NCBI GenBank assembly: GCA_013239625.1
Contig: MU053304.1
Coordinates: 496,001 to 560,000, forward strand
DNA from: Lama guanicoe
Lineage: Eukaryota
Length of the DNA stretch: 64,000 nt
Direction: 5' to 3'
In this document: positions 25,899 through 38,389 of the stretch, in pieces
How the letters are laid out: each line of letters starts with the position of its first letter
How positions within the stretch are numbered: position 1 is the stretch's first letter
Notes under the pieces: generated by a model
The model's input: the letters and a program-made list of their open reading frames with translations, nothing else
Database searches by the model: none
Told to the model about the DNA's origin: nothing
Program-made: the position numbers and the translations under genes

Positions 25899-26899
25899 AC
25901 AGTTGAGGGGAAGGCAGCTATAGCACTTCCCCAACTCCCACATTAATCCTCTGAGGACTCACCTGTTTATCAAAACTTCTTATGTTTTATTTTACTACTC
26001 TAAAGTAGCCTGACCTCTGAGTAGTTTCTTTTATTGCAATATGAATTGGATTTTCTTTGCCAAGTAGCATATCACCTACTTTTATTATGAGGAAACTCAG
26101 CTTTTAATTTTGGAAATGGCAAAAAATAGGAAATAAAATCAGAATACAATTTCAGGTCTCACACACAGAAATATCCTGTCTTCTTGTTCCCTTTATTTGT
26201 TGAATCACAGATTCCTAACAAGCATTGATCCTGGAAAATTAAAAATTTCCAGCCACTGCAAGCTTTCTAGCTAATTGCCTTTCCTTGCTTTTGTTAAAAA
26301 AAAAAAAAGGTACTTTAAAACTTGCTAACTTGTGGCTTTGCCAAGTTAACTTACCTCCCGATTCTGTCTTCTCATCTGTAAAATGTGGAAAAGAATATGT
26401 CTTGCAGAGTTTTGGGGGGATGATTGGAGAACAACATATTTGTACAGATACTTGGCCCATAGTAGGTACTTGATACAAATCAGTGGCAGCAGTTCTATGT
26501 GGTTCCTCTACTATCTTAGAAAGCAGCAGGATGAACTAGCTGGTTGCCTTTGAGAAATCATTAATAGAGTTCCCTTCAGGTCACAGCTGTGTACCCAGTT
26601 CCACTCCAAACAACATCTAAGATTGCTCAAAACTTTAAATCAAGAAAAGAGAACTTTTTAAGTTCACTTCAGAAACAAATCGGTTGCTTGCTTGATTAAT
26701 CAGTCACAGGCATTATCTGGAGTAAATAACAAAAGGGCTTTCTGAAATGGACCCATGTAAGGCCCCCTCCCAGCTTTGAGAGGGCTGGAGAATGGGGTTC
26801 AATGTCAATTGCAACCCTGAGAGGGAAGGACCCCTGCCCTCCCAAAGCAGCAGGGCCCTCTGAAAGTCACAGTGCTCTCTCTGCCACTGGGCCTGTGCT

Positions 26900-27300
26900 C
26901 TCTGTTCAGCAGATGTAAGTGCCTCATCTGTTTGGGACCTGGTAGCAGGCGATGGAATAGTGAGCAAGACAACCCCATCCTTGCCCTCATAGAGCCTAGA
27001 GTTTAAGAAGGAAGCCAGACCCGTAGCGAATTACCAGGGTGGTAAGTGTAGGATGGTGGGTGCTGCACAAACTGGTGGTGGCCCTGACCTAGGGAGGAGG
27101 CCAGGGAGGCTCCCTGGAGGCAGTGATGCTTCAGCTAAGCCCAGCATTCTCTTAGACTCTGAATAAGGAAGGGGCACGTCAAAGCTGAGGAACTGAAGAA
27201 GTCCCGAAAGGCTGGACATGGGAGGTGGGGGGCATGAGTGACTGGAACTCCTGGTATGTCCAGGAGTGAGACAGAGAAAGGAGCTGGACGATGGAGATTT
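26900..27300 (-). mobile_element. L2 LINE fragment
   Basis: 'gtgagcaagacaaccccatccttgccctcatagagcctagagtt...agggaggctccctggagg' resembles the reverse L2 3' end. Confidence 0.65.
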
Positions 27301-27308
27301 CTGCAGGA

Positions 27309-27856
27309 GTAGGAGAAGAAAAAGAATCTTTTTCCTCTACCTGTAACTTAGACTAACAAAAGACAGATTACCAAGAGAAAAATAAATGGAAGGTTATTAA
27401 AATGTGCATGACACATACACGGGAGCACCCAGTGAGGAGTAACTCAAAGGGGTGGTTAGACCTTGGGCTTACATGGCACCTTGACACAGAACAATACATT
27501 TTTAGGGAAGTGTCAAGAGAAAGGAAAAGGACTTTGAGTTTCCAGGGGGGAACTGTGGGAAGGTAAATATATGGGGGAATTAATGGTAGATAAGAGCTAG
27601 TTTTAACATGGTTTGTTATGCAGGTTCCTCTGTTGCCATTTCCAGGCTAAGTGTCTAGAGTTGTTGCCAGTGATTAACTTCTGTCCTTCCTGGTAGAGAG
27701 GAGAGGGGCCACCTCTGCAAATTTATGTCCTTCTTTTAGGCAAGTAGGAAGAGGGCAGAGAGCTTCTCTTGTATCTGCTGCTTCTCAGTTGCCTTTAGCT
27801 CAAAATAATCCTGCTAAAGTGGCATATTTGGGGGATGCATATTCTGCTACCCTTCA
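27309..27856 (-). mobile_element. ERV1 solo LTR (MER34-like)
   Basis: Ends in 'gctcaaaataatcctgctaaagtggcatatttgggggatgcatattctgctacccttca' (reverse of the MER34-type LTR 5' end); internal 'aaaagacagattaccaagagaaaa'. Confidence 0.8.
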
Positions 27857-27922
27857 CCAGTTTTCATTTACTAAATTGTTAAATATTCTCCACATTAGAT
27901 TATTGAGAATCCTCAAAAGACC

Positions 27923-28300
27923 TTTTTTTTTTGAGATATATCTTACATACCATAAAAATCTACCCCTTTAGAAGTATATAACTCAGTTGTTTCTAATACA
28001 TTTACCAAGTTGAGCAATGACCACCACAAATTCCAGAACATCTCATCACCCCAAAAAGAAAGCCTGCACTCATTAGCAGTCACCCCTCATCTGCCCCCCA
28101 CAACCCCTCCACTAATCTACTTTCTGTCTCTGTGGATTTGCCTATTTCAGATATTTCATATAAATGGAGTTCACAATATGTGCTCATAAGTATCTGGCTT
28201 CTTTCACTTAGCATCATGTTTTTAAGTTCATCAAGGTTGTAGCAGGTATCTGTACTCCATTCCTTTTTATGGCCAAATAATATTCCACTGTGTGGATGTG
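27923..28300 (-). mobile_element. Old L1 (L1MB-type) 3' end
   Basis: Poly-T followed by 'ttccagaacatctcatcaccccaaaaagaaa...tctactttctgtctctgtggatttgcctatt'; probable TSD cctcaaaagac 27911-27921 / cctcagaagac 28301-28311. Confidence 0.85.
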
Positions 28301-28379
28301 CCTCAGAAGACTTGAGAGTTGGGTGTTTGTATCCATGTCAGGACAAGTGCCCTGGGGCCTGGCACAGCATGAGAAGCAC

Positions 28380-28565
28380 TGTACTTAGAGCAGCAGTGGA
28401 CTCTCTTCTCAGGGTCTGTGTGACCTCAGCAAATCATCTAAGAGCTTCATTTTCCTCTCATAAATGGGGATAATAGTAGTAACTCTCTCAGTGTTGATGA
28501 ATTAAATGAGTTAATACATTTAAAGGGCTTAGAAAAAAACCTAGTGCAAAAGTCCTGTGGTTACT
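28380..28565 (+). mobile_element. MIR SINE
   Basis: 'tgtgtgacctcagcaaatc...aaatgggataatagtag...attaaatgagttaatacatttaaag'. Confidence 0.75.
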
Positions 28566-28828
28566 ATGGGGAAGAAAAGACTGGCAGATGCAGAACTCCC
28601 TACTGACTACTTAGTGAGCACATTGCCCCTTATTCCAGAATCTTCCAAAAGGCTACAGGGCTGCTTTCTAACACTGGAAATTACAACTAGGTCTGATAAT
28701 AAGAGGGAATATATTGAAGATAGCAGTTTCTGTGCCTTCCTTAGGCATCTAGGATTTTGTAGTTCTGCAGAATTTCAAATTTGTCGTGAGTAATGATGAA
28801 CCAAGGGACATTTTCCATTTATGTACTT

Positions 28829-28975
28829 TGTTTGTTTGTTTGTTTGTTTGTTTGTTTGGGGTAGGGGGAATTGGGTTGATTGATCGATTGATGGATGGAG
28901 GTACTGGGGATTGAACCCAGGACCTTGTGCGTGCTAAGCACACATTTCACCACAGAGCTATACCCTTCCCCAAAA
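28829..28975 (-). mobile_element. Camelid tRNA-derived SINE (vic-1-like) with (CAAA)n tail
   Basis: 'ggaggtactggggattgaacccaggacc...gctaagc...gagctataccc'; TSD tatgtactt 28820-28828 / 28976-28984. Confidence 0.9.
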
Positions 28976-29507
28976 TATGTACTTGTAAGGTCATCTGCCT
29001 TGAGAACAAATTGCTTTATATTTTTAAAAAATTATATAAATGTTCAACACATGAAAAAGTGGAAGACTATGATTCCACATGTACCTTCAACAACATTTTT
29101 TTCCCATTTTCCAATTCTTGATTGATGGTTTTTTGTTCCACAACTGGAAGGGGGAGGCACACCTAATAGGTAGGAACTACCTTGCAAGGACCTGGGGAAA
29201 CTGGTTTTATGGGCAGGTTGAGAGGCATATGCTTGCTTAGGTTGCTGAGGCTTTTCCTGGAAGGTACGGGTTGGGAGGGAGGGCTGCAGTCCCCCTATGG
29301 AGCCAGGCGCTAGTAGCATGATGAAGTTGTTTCCAAACTCTGCTAACCCATCAGGAGTAAGGGATGCGGCCGTCCAGGTTATATTGATGGCACCGGGAAC
29401 TGTCTGGCAGCCACATTTTAATGGACATTGACAGACTGTGAATATGCAAAGGAGCAAGATCAGGAGAATAGTATAGGGCCCTCCAGGTTAAGTACTCCAG
29501 ACCCTCC

Positions 29508-29642
29508 CTACTCAAGTGAGGCCTGGGAGCTGGTTAGGAATGCAGAGTCTCAGGTTCTACCCCGACCTACTGAAACAATCTGCATTTTAACAAAAGCCTC
29601 TGGTGATTCCTTGCACATTTCACACTGGAGAAGAGCTGCTCT
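29508..29642. mobile_element. hAT-Charlie MITE (MER5A-like)
   Basis: 'cctgggagctggttaggaatgcagagtctcagg...ctactgaa...tctgcattttaacaa'. Confidence 0.75.
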
Positions 29643-30479
29643 AAAGCACTCAAAGTGTGACCTGTTGTAGGGAAGATTTGGGATGCTGGAATCCCAGCAA
29701 TGCTGGGTTGGCAAGCAGCTAGTCTAGCTCTTACCTGAAGATGCATAAATTCCTTCAGCAAGATCCTGGAGAAGTCTCCAGATATTCCAGCAACCCCTCC
29801 ATTCACAGGCAACTCACTCACTGGGCAAGAGCTTTCGTCTTTGATAAATTACCGTTGGAAGGGCGGGCTGTGGGTTCACGTTACATCCGGGTTGGCACTG
29901 GGAACCTTCTTAACTAAAAAAGACCCAGCTGAGAATATCCCTTTCTGTTGTCCCTGTGGGAAATTCCAAGCCCTCAAGCTAAAGTTTGAAGAAAACTTCC
30001 TGTGTTAATTATAAACCCATTTTCAGCCCCACGTTCAATGGGCTGACTAATCTTTGAGGAAAAGAAGGTATTTGAAAAAGGCTTTTTCTTATTTTAATAA
30101 CTTTTCATGTCCAACGGTAGTACATGCTTGCTGATTTTTTTTTTTTTTGAAAAATGCTGACATGTATAAAAATAAAATGTGAAAGCCCTTGTCTCAGCTC
30201 CCTGCTCCTGCCACCCACCAAGTAAGGTACACACACCTTTAGGGGTGTGCTGTGTCTCTTTGCAAATCTATTTCTTTGCATTTAAAAAGACCACACACAC
30301 ACACTTCCTGAAATCTTCCCACCTTGATCTAACTCTTCTCTTTCTCAGACTTTCCACTTTCTTCTTAAGAGATAACTACTTGTGTAAATAACCCTCTATT
30401 GGCTAAACTCATTAACTGATTTTCAAAAAGTGGGTGAGTCCTCTGGATCAAGCAGCTTTAAGGGAGGGATGCACAGAAT

Positions 30480-30700
30480 GCAGCGTTTTGTAAAAACATT
30501 CTGTGCTAAAATTTCTATGTGTGTAATTTGTTAATCCTCACAACTGCCCCATGAGGCACTATTATTATCTCCATTTTACAAAGGAGAAGACTGAGGTACA
30601 GAAAGGTTAAGACGCTCGCCCAAAGTCACCCAGCTAATGATCAGCTAAACTGGGACTTGAACCCAAGCAGCCAGTTGCAAAGTCTGTGCTCAGATTACTC
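30480..30700 (-). mobile_element. MIR SINE
   Basis: 'taatcctcacaactgccccatgaggcactattattatctccattttacaaaggagaagactgagg...gggacttgaacccaagcag'. Confidence 0.85.
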
Positions 30701-31772
30701 AACTATATTCACGAAGATTTGTAAATCTTGGATCATGCCTCACTGTGTGTCCTTTCCAGAGTGCACTTTTCAACCTCTGAGCTCCTAGGTCTTCAAGCGG
30801 GACCTCTTCTGCCTGCCCTACCCCTTCCAGTCCTGCTGGAAGATCCACTCCATAACTTTCTAGCTTTGTGAACTTAGTTAATGTTTAGTAACTGTGAGGA
30901 ATGGGATAACAGTACTTACCTCCTTGGGAAGACTAAATGGTCAAATGCAAAGTGTCAATAAATAGTAGCTTTTGATTCTGTTACGCATATGAGTTTCCAG
31001 GATGGGAGAAGAATGCGGGGGAGGGGAGTCTGGGCGATTAGAGTTCCTTTGTTAAATTCCAGCCCAGAGCTGGATAAGCAAAAATGTGTGATGGAGCAGA
31101 AACATTCTGCCCAGGACATCTTTTCTTGGACATTGAAATTCTCATGGACCCTAGAACCCCCTATGAAAAGCCAAGGGGCTGGGTGAGGGCGTGGACGGTC
31201 GGCTGTTGTTCTGGTTTGTTCCAGTGGGCAACAGCGTCCTGTCAGTGATGTGCAGAGATGCTCCCTGGCAGGACATTGCTGTAGGCTGGGGCCTTGTATC
31301 CTGGCCTCCGTAACAGAGGTGAGGGGTGTAGGATGAGTGGTGGGGGTAGGGGGTGTGTGGGGAGGCCTGTGGAATTCCAGCACTTGAGGGCCTATAGGGC
31401 TGGCCCTGGGACCAAAGAGCTCTATCCCAACAAGATGGCCCCCAACGCTGCGCACTTGCCCACAGACCACATCCAGCCTTGGTCCCCTGCTGCCCCTGGC
31501 CCTGGGCCCTGCACATAGTCCTTGCTCAGTAACAGTGCTGGTTTTATGGGTATTCTCTGCAGCCTCGCATATAGATGCAAATGTGTGGGAGGCAGAGAAT
31601 AAACACAGAGTTGTGAAACTGGAACTCCTTAAACCATAATCCTAGGACCCACCTCCCTGTCACGCCCACATTGGCCATTTTAGACTCTAAGGTCTAAAAT
31701 CCTAGGTAAGATGGCTGTATAATTGTCTGTACAAGTGCTCCTCATTGGTTTACCAGTATGCTTTTTGGTAAG

Positions 31773-32232
31773 TTTTTCTGAAAATAATTCCAAACCTACA
31801 AAAAAGCTGCAAGAATACAAATAGTGCAAGAACACCCACATATCTTTTACTCAGATTCACCTATTTTAACATGTTCCCTATTTATTTTCAATCTGTCTTT
31901 ATATATATATACACACACATATACATATACACAGGTATGTATATATAATATACATACATATGTTTACATGTACATATGTATACATACGTTTTTCTGAAAT
32001 ATTCGAAAGTTGGTTGCATACATCATGGCTCCTTACTCCTATTTATTTTCTAAGAATAAGGAATACCCACAGTTTTTAAAATCAACCTCAGTAAATATAG
32101 CTTTGACATAATATTTCTATCAGCTCTACTGTTTATGTCCCAATTTTCTCAATTGATCCAAAGTTGTTCTTAATAGCATTTTCCCCCTCCATCCAGGATC
32201 CAGTCCAGGATCAGATATTGCATTCAGTTGTC
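31773..32232 (-). mobile_element. Old L1 (L1MC-type) 3' UTR with internal (TA/CA)n microsatellite
   Basis: 'ttctgaaaataattccaaacctacaaaaaagctgcaagaat...ccaggatccagtccaggatcagatattgcattcagttgtc'; TA/CA tract about 31900-31986. Confidence 0.75.
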
Positions 32233-32944
32233 CAAACTAGGACTTTTGGGCATGATAATTATTATGTTGAAAAGAGACAAGTAAAGCCAGTGTTGCAAAA
32301 ACGCTGATAATTGTAGAATATGAGAATCCATTTTATGTGCTTTAGTATATGTTTAAAATTTTTTGAAACACAAAGTGGAAAAGCAAACCAAATAAACAAA
32401 CTGAAAGAAAAAAAAAAAAAGCCAAGCCCATGGATCCCAGTTCGTAGGTTCAGACTCACAGCACCTGTTCAGTTTAAGGCAGAAGTGAAGCAGAGGGGAA
32501 GGACTCCTTCCACTTCCTTGTTTTTGGCCCATCATTGATGGGAAGTGAACCACTTTCTGAGGGAGGAAGAGGGGCTCTGTGGGCTTTTTTTGGCTTCAGT
32601 ACTTAGGCATGGTCTCCCCTGAAGTGAAGTGAACTGGTGTGGCCTTGGAGGGGAGATAGAGGAATGAGAAGGACGAGGGCCCTGATTCCTTTTGTCACAG
32701 GAGGGCCTGGAGGCAGAGCATCTGCTCTGCTACGTCTACAGCTGCTTTTAGCCGAAACAAAGTGGCAGCAGCTAGACCAGCCCCCAGGCCTCCTCCATCT
32801 CCCTGCCCCTCCTATGCCTTCCAGTCTCTGACACCCAATTTGAATGGCAAAAATAAACACTGGTTTGGGGAGATGGTCAAGAAATCCATCCTTTCTTCCC
32901 TACTTGGTGCCCCTTCAAACCTCTACTCGGATTCTTAGCCTGCG

Positions 32945-33401
32945 GTTAAGGTTCTAGGAGTTATTGAATTTGGACGGGAAACCTTTACAAGTCTAATTTC
33001 AATAATCTTTAATAAAAATCAAGCATTTCCTTCTGTTGTGCCTGCAGGCATCTCACCAAAGTAGTGCAGGTGGTTCTTGGACCTTGTCACAGTAGAAGTC
33101 ACAGCTATTTTCATATCACACCACAGTCATTGCAGGTAGTTTGAATAGCATCTACATTTATCGTGACTTCAAAAGCATGGTGGGTATCAGATCCATCACC
33201 AGATCTGGTCCTGATTTAACACACTAATGAAGAATTACCAATCACACGTGGCAGTTGTATTTCAATATAACTTGCTTCCTTTGTATTTTGTTAAATCCTG
33301 AGTATTTTACTTTATGCATTTAAAACCTCACTCTGAGAAGGGTCCAGAGACCTCACCAGACTCCAGAGGGTCCTGTGGCACAGAGAAGATGAGGAAGCCT
33401 G
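32945..33401. mobile_element. hAT-Charlie DNA transposon (Charlie4-like)
   Basis: End matches 'ttatgcatttaaaa...tctgagaagggtcc...tcaccagact...gggtcctgtggcaca'. Confidence 0.7.
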
Positions 33402-34502
33402 CCTCATCTGCACAGGGCACCACCCGCCCTCCCAGTCACCCTGCCAGCCCCCTCTCCAGATGTCTAGTCCCCACTGCCGTGTGCTGTGTGAGGCACCCTT
33501 CCTTGGCAGGCTGGCCACATGCTGTCATCTGCTGGGGCTGGCCTGCACGGCGGCCTGGTGGCTTTGGTGAGATGCTTGTGGTCCTCCTCCTATTCCTTCT
33601 GGGCCTTGTGAGGTATACATGAAGACTCATACCCCAAACTTGCCGGAGGACCCCAGGTGCTGCTCCTACACACCTGCTCCCTTGCCAGGGTCCCTAAGTC
33701 CCCATGCCATGGACGTTTGGTACTGCCTGATCCACGATGGGGACCCAGGAGCAGGTGCACAAAACTGGGTCTTAGAACTAGAGGCAGGAGCCTCTGCGGT
33801 TTGTATCAGGCCAAATGAAAATGTAAATACAAATTGTTCCTTGAATTGATACACGAGGACATGCGACAACAGTCAAAAGTTGAAAAGAGAATGTGGTAAG
33901 TTTTTCTCCCTAGCCCTCAGCTGCAAACTTTACCAGCTTCTCTTTCCTTCCAGATCCCAGGCCCATCCAGCAACCTTCTTGCTGTAGTGTAGTTTCCTGC
34001 CAGACTCACACACTGGGAGAGACTGTACAGACCCGCCCATGTGAGCATCTTTTCAGCCAGGCGAAATAGGAAGATAACATTCTGATTTTTACATCAGTAC
34101 CTGGTGAATTTAGTTAGTGTGAGTCAGTCCTGCCAAAAGGCATCCCCTCTGTCCACAGAGCTAGGGGCTGCACCACACAAACTCACCTTCCAGTAAGTGC
34201 CCACTTGCCCTCTGAGGGCAGTTGGCCTGCTGCTTGGGGTAGTGGCCCTTCCCAGTGTGCCTTTCTTTCAGCTAGAAGCATGTTAATGAGGTTGAGGGAG
34301 CAGGTTCCAGTATATATTAACTTTCTGTGAAAGAAACTCAGTTGCAGAGGTTATAGTGTCCTCTGATGCACAGTAACCAGGCAGAAGAAAAATTAGCACA
34401 AATCCACCCTGACAACCAACAACCAGTCACGGGTCAGCAGGCCCCTTCCCATCTGGAGGAGGGTACCACCAGTGCTTCTCTCTCCAGATCTAACGAGCAT
34501 TA

Positions 34503-35139
34503 TCTGGGAGGAAAATGTTATAATTTACCCTCTCAGGTTCAGTACTTGGAAACATGCAAATTAAATTGGCAAAATACAGATTAGCACAAGAAAAGACAGA
34601 ATTTTAAATTCACATACATGCATGGGAGTTCACAGAAAAACGTGACTCAAAGAGGCGGTTAGAATTGAGGGCTTATATATTGTCTTAGTAGGGGAAGGAG
34701 AGGGGAAGAAAGTCACTTATAAGAAAATATATGGCTTTTAAGAAAGAGCCCTTACGAGAATAGTTGAGGGATGTGATAGTTTTGTGACGGTATCTGTTCT
34801 TGTGATATCTTATCCCAGGGTAGACTTGTCTCCAGTGATAAGAGTCAATCTTCCCTGGTTGCAAAACTTCTGGGGAGGGGATTTATGACAGTTCAGTGCT
34901 TTAAGGAGGCTCTGCTTTTAGATAAGGAAAGTTCAGAGGATGCAGGGGTATAGCTCAGTGGCAGAGTGCACGCTTAGCATGCAAGAGGTCCTGGGTTCAA
35001 TCCCTAGTACCCAAATGAATAAACCTTATTACCAGCCCCTCATAAAACAAACAATACAAGGAAAGTTCGGAGGAAAAAAAGCAAAAAGCCAAACCAAGTC
35101 AAACAAAACCCCCACGGGGGCGTATTCTGGCTCCCTCCA
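34503..35139 (-). mobile_element. ERV1 solo LTR (MER34/MER39-related), interrupted by a SINE
   Basis: 'acagattagcacaagaaaa...actcaaagaggcggttagaattgagggcttatat' and end 'ggggcgtattctggctccctcca', similar to the LTR at 27.3 kb. Confidence 0.7.
34941..35057 (+). mobile_element. Camelid tRNA-derived SINE (vic-1-like)
   Basis: 'ggggtatagctcagtggcagagtgcacgcttagcatgcaagaggtcctgggttcaatccc'; 17-bp TSD aaggaaagttcagagga 34924-34940 / aaggaaagttcggagga 35058-35074. Confidence 0.92.
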
Positions 35140-35324
35140 CGTGAATGCACCTCTTGTTCCCCTCCAAAGGCTTCGCTGGTTAGGGTGAGCTGGTGGGAGC
35201 TAGGGGTTTGGCTCAGCCTTGCTGAGGCTGGCGCTGGAAGCTCAGGCAGCAAAGGCTGAGTGAGAGGGATGATCTCCCCAGCAGAGGATGTGCAAGGCCT
35301 GGAGAACATAGAGAACAAGTTCAT

Positions 35325-35525
35325 GTAGTGGTTAAGGGTATGTGCTGGAGCACAGACTGCCAGAGTCAAACTGTGTGTTCTTGGGCAAGATTCTCAATTT
35401 CTCTGGGTTTCATTCTCCTTCTTGGGTAAAAACCCTCACAGGATTGACCTGAGAATAAGATTAGATAACGCATTTAAGGTACCTAATACAGTGTCGGGCA
35501 CGTAACAAGTGTTCAGTTAATACAG
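35325..35525 (+). mobile_element. MIR SINE
   Basis: 'gtagtggttaagggtatgtgctggagcacagactgcc...tgtgttcttgggcaag'. Confidence 0.75.
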
Positions 35526-36204
35526 CTAACTTCTCTGGGTGCTGGGGATACAGCAGTGAGCAAAGCCACGTCCCTGCTCTCCTGGATCTTCCATTCTGGA
35601 GAGGAACCTGTTAGACAAAGAACACAGGCCATTGCCAGATGGTGGTGCGCACTAGGGAAAAAGGAAGAAAGTGAGGGACAGAGGGGGAGAGGTACGTTTA
35701 TTTGGATGGCCAGGAAGGGGACATCTCAGCAGAGACCGATGTAGTGGTAACATGGGAACCGTGGTTACATTATGTTGATGCCCCTCCTGCACGCTCCCAA
35801 GGTGCTGCACTCAGTCAGTCCTGTTCTTACCTGATGGTGAACAGGGACTGAGATGTGGACATAGGGACCCCAGGTTTGGAAATATGACTTAGGGTGGTGG
35901 ACTTTCCTCCCTTTGACCTTTCTTCCATTCCTCTCTGCCTCACAGTTCCACAGCGCCACAGAACAATTATTTGGACACTCCTCTGGGAGAAGAGCTTACT
36001 ACACACTCAGCCTGAGAGGAGCAGTTGTCCTTAGGGAAACTGGCCGGTTCTATGGCTCCAGGGTGAGGTTGGAGCTACAAGCACCAGAATAGAAGGGCTA
36101 AATTTAAACCGTATCTGGAGGCTTCAGGGAGCCAGGGGCCTATGGGCCTTGGGGCGGCTCCCTTCCAGGCCGGCCTCCAGGAGGACAGTTTGGGCCTCCT
36201 GCAG

Positions 36205-36495
36205 CAATGCCCTCCTCCCTCCTCCCTCCTCCCACTTCCCTCCTCCCTCCCCCCTCCCAGGGTGGAAACTGTTTCGTTTCTGGTGGCTGAGAGCTGGTTT
36301 CCTCCCAAGGAAATAATGTCTCACCGCAGCTGAGGCAGGATCTGCCCCCCTGGAATTTCCCTGCAGTGGAGAAGCTGGCAGAGCGGCTCTGAGACGGGAC
36401 ACACCTAGAGCCTGCTTGTGCACAGCCTGGAGGGGGCCACGCCCAGAGACGCCCAGATGTAAACAGAAACAGAAACACTCTGGGAAAACCCTCGG
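36205..36495. promoter_or_regulatory. Candidate interferon/NF-kB-responsive enhancer
   Basis: ISRE GTTTCGTTTCTG 36271-36282, kB GGAATTTCCC 36352-36361, KLF/Sp GGCCACGCCC 36435-36444, forkhead TGTAAACA 36458-36465, IRF-E GAAACAGAAAC 36466-36476, kB-like GGGAAAACCC 36482-36491. Confidence 0.55.
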
Positions 36496-38389
36496 GGACC
36501 CTCAGGAGCCCGGGTCTAGTTCCAGCTCAGTCTCCACCTCCCTGTGTGGCCCGAGCGAATCAGCTCCTTTCCTGAACCCATTTTTTTCACCTTGGCAGTA
36601 TTAAAATAGATCTCTTGAAAATCAAAATAGAACAGAACTCCAAAGGGATCACCCTAGAAAGTTCTTTCCTTCAAAGATGTTGCTTTCATTGCGCAAAGTA
36701 TTTTTGAAGGCTTTTCCCCCCAAATTTCCTTTAGAGCCAGTCTTAAACACTCACAAGTCTGCTTTCTTACATTTCCAGACATTTCATTTTGGCCTAAGAG
36801 GGATCACTGCCCGTAGTACTGAGAGACCTTGGGCTGGTTCCAAATATCGAATTCAAAAGATTCCTGGGAGGATGGTGAGAAGTGTCTGGAGCAGCTAATC
36901 CACTCTCCACACCCTCAGCCACAAGCAGGGTCCTGCTGGGGCCTTAAACAGTCCACCATTCAGACGCTGGGGGTCTACTTTCGCAGGGCCAGATGGAAAC
37001 TTCCAGTTTAGGCCCAACCTTCGGAGGCAGTAGCTTGGGAGGACCCAAGCCGTGCATTGTATGTGCTTTGGGGCATTTATTCACTGAGACCAGAGGACAG
37101 GGGCTGTCACGGACCTGATCACCTGGGGACAGTCACAGCCCAGATGCCCACACGCAGTCTGTACCCATAGAGCAGAGTAGGGAGAGCACGCTAAGGGGAC
37201 ACACCCAGACACACTCGGTTGCCTGGCAACACGGAATGCCAGGCCCAGGGACACACCAGCACTAGGGTGACACACAAATATTGTTTCTACGCGGGGAGAA
37301 TGCATGAAGCAGGCTGCTGCACGCACACCCTCTTGCCACACAAATATGCCCCCTAGGGGTAAAGCCTTCCAGCCAGAAATGGCTGTGTAACTGAAGAGCC
37401 TGCTCACCGACCCTGCAAAACGCTTACCCAGATTTAGCCTGTGCTGAGACAAACCCCCTAAAACTTCCGGTCACACCTCAGAGACACACACACACTCTTC
37501 TGAGTGGCCAGAGTCTAGAAGCCTCAGCTCCTTTTGTTTCCCCTCAGAAAGCCTTTGGCTTTTCCATTTTAATCAGCCAGTGACCAAATGGTCTATTTCT
37601 GTAACTTCTTAGCATTAGCCAAAGATTGTTCTTTTGAAATGTCCATAGTAAGTTACAAAGAGTGCCCCGACCTTCGTTTTCAAATTCAGCTATGCAAATG
37701 CTAAGCACACAGTGTGAAAACTTAGAGGACAGTTTTTAAAATTTAAAATTCACAAAGCGTGTTTGATATTTTTCAGCTTTTGGATGTAGGTGAAAGGCAA
37801 GTTTACCAACTTTTCAATGATTCTTAAAATTCCACCCTGGTAAACAGGAAAACAGCAACAACTTGGGAGTCTTTGCAAGTGTAGCTTGAGCAACAGAAGT
37901 CTCCTTCGGGCAGCGCCCCTTGCTAATTAGGAATGGGTAAACTGAGGACTTGACTTCCACCTGGTTTTCACACCCTGGCCTCATTTGTAATTAGGCAGAA
38001 CTTCCAGCATGGTGCTTGGACTGCTTACGGGACAGCTCTCTTGGGTAGATTCTGTCCCGTTCTCAGGACGTTTCAGACGCTGCATTGGTTTTTGGTTGAG
38101 ATAAGCTGCTCTCTCCTGCGCCGGCAGGCTTCTCTCCAGTCCCAACCTAGAGACAGCTTCGGATCTATGCACTGGGTCTGACCAGGCCCTCCCCTGCCGT
38201 GGGAATCCTTTCCTCTGTCTTCCCTCTACCTGCTTCCCTAACCTCTGACAGGAGTGCCTGCGTGAGCCTGGAACAGCTGCCTTTAGTGAGCTGCGGTCTT
38301 GCCCCACTCAGCCTCTCCCAGAGATTGTCACCCTCTCCCTTAAAATTCCCTTCTATTCTTACTGTTTATACCTCAGTGCTTGAGATATT

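Noticed and set aside
29044..29457. 137-aa ORF (-) with a protein-like stretch (TVPGAINITWTAASLTPDGLAEFGNN)
   Set aside because: No recognisable homology, no clear splice context, runs into AT-rich repeat-like DNA; tBLASTn/PhyloCSF would settle it
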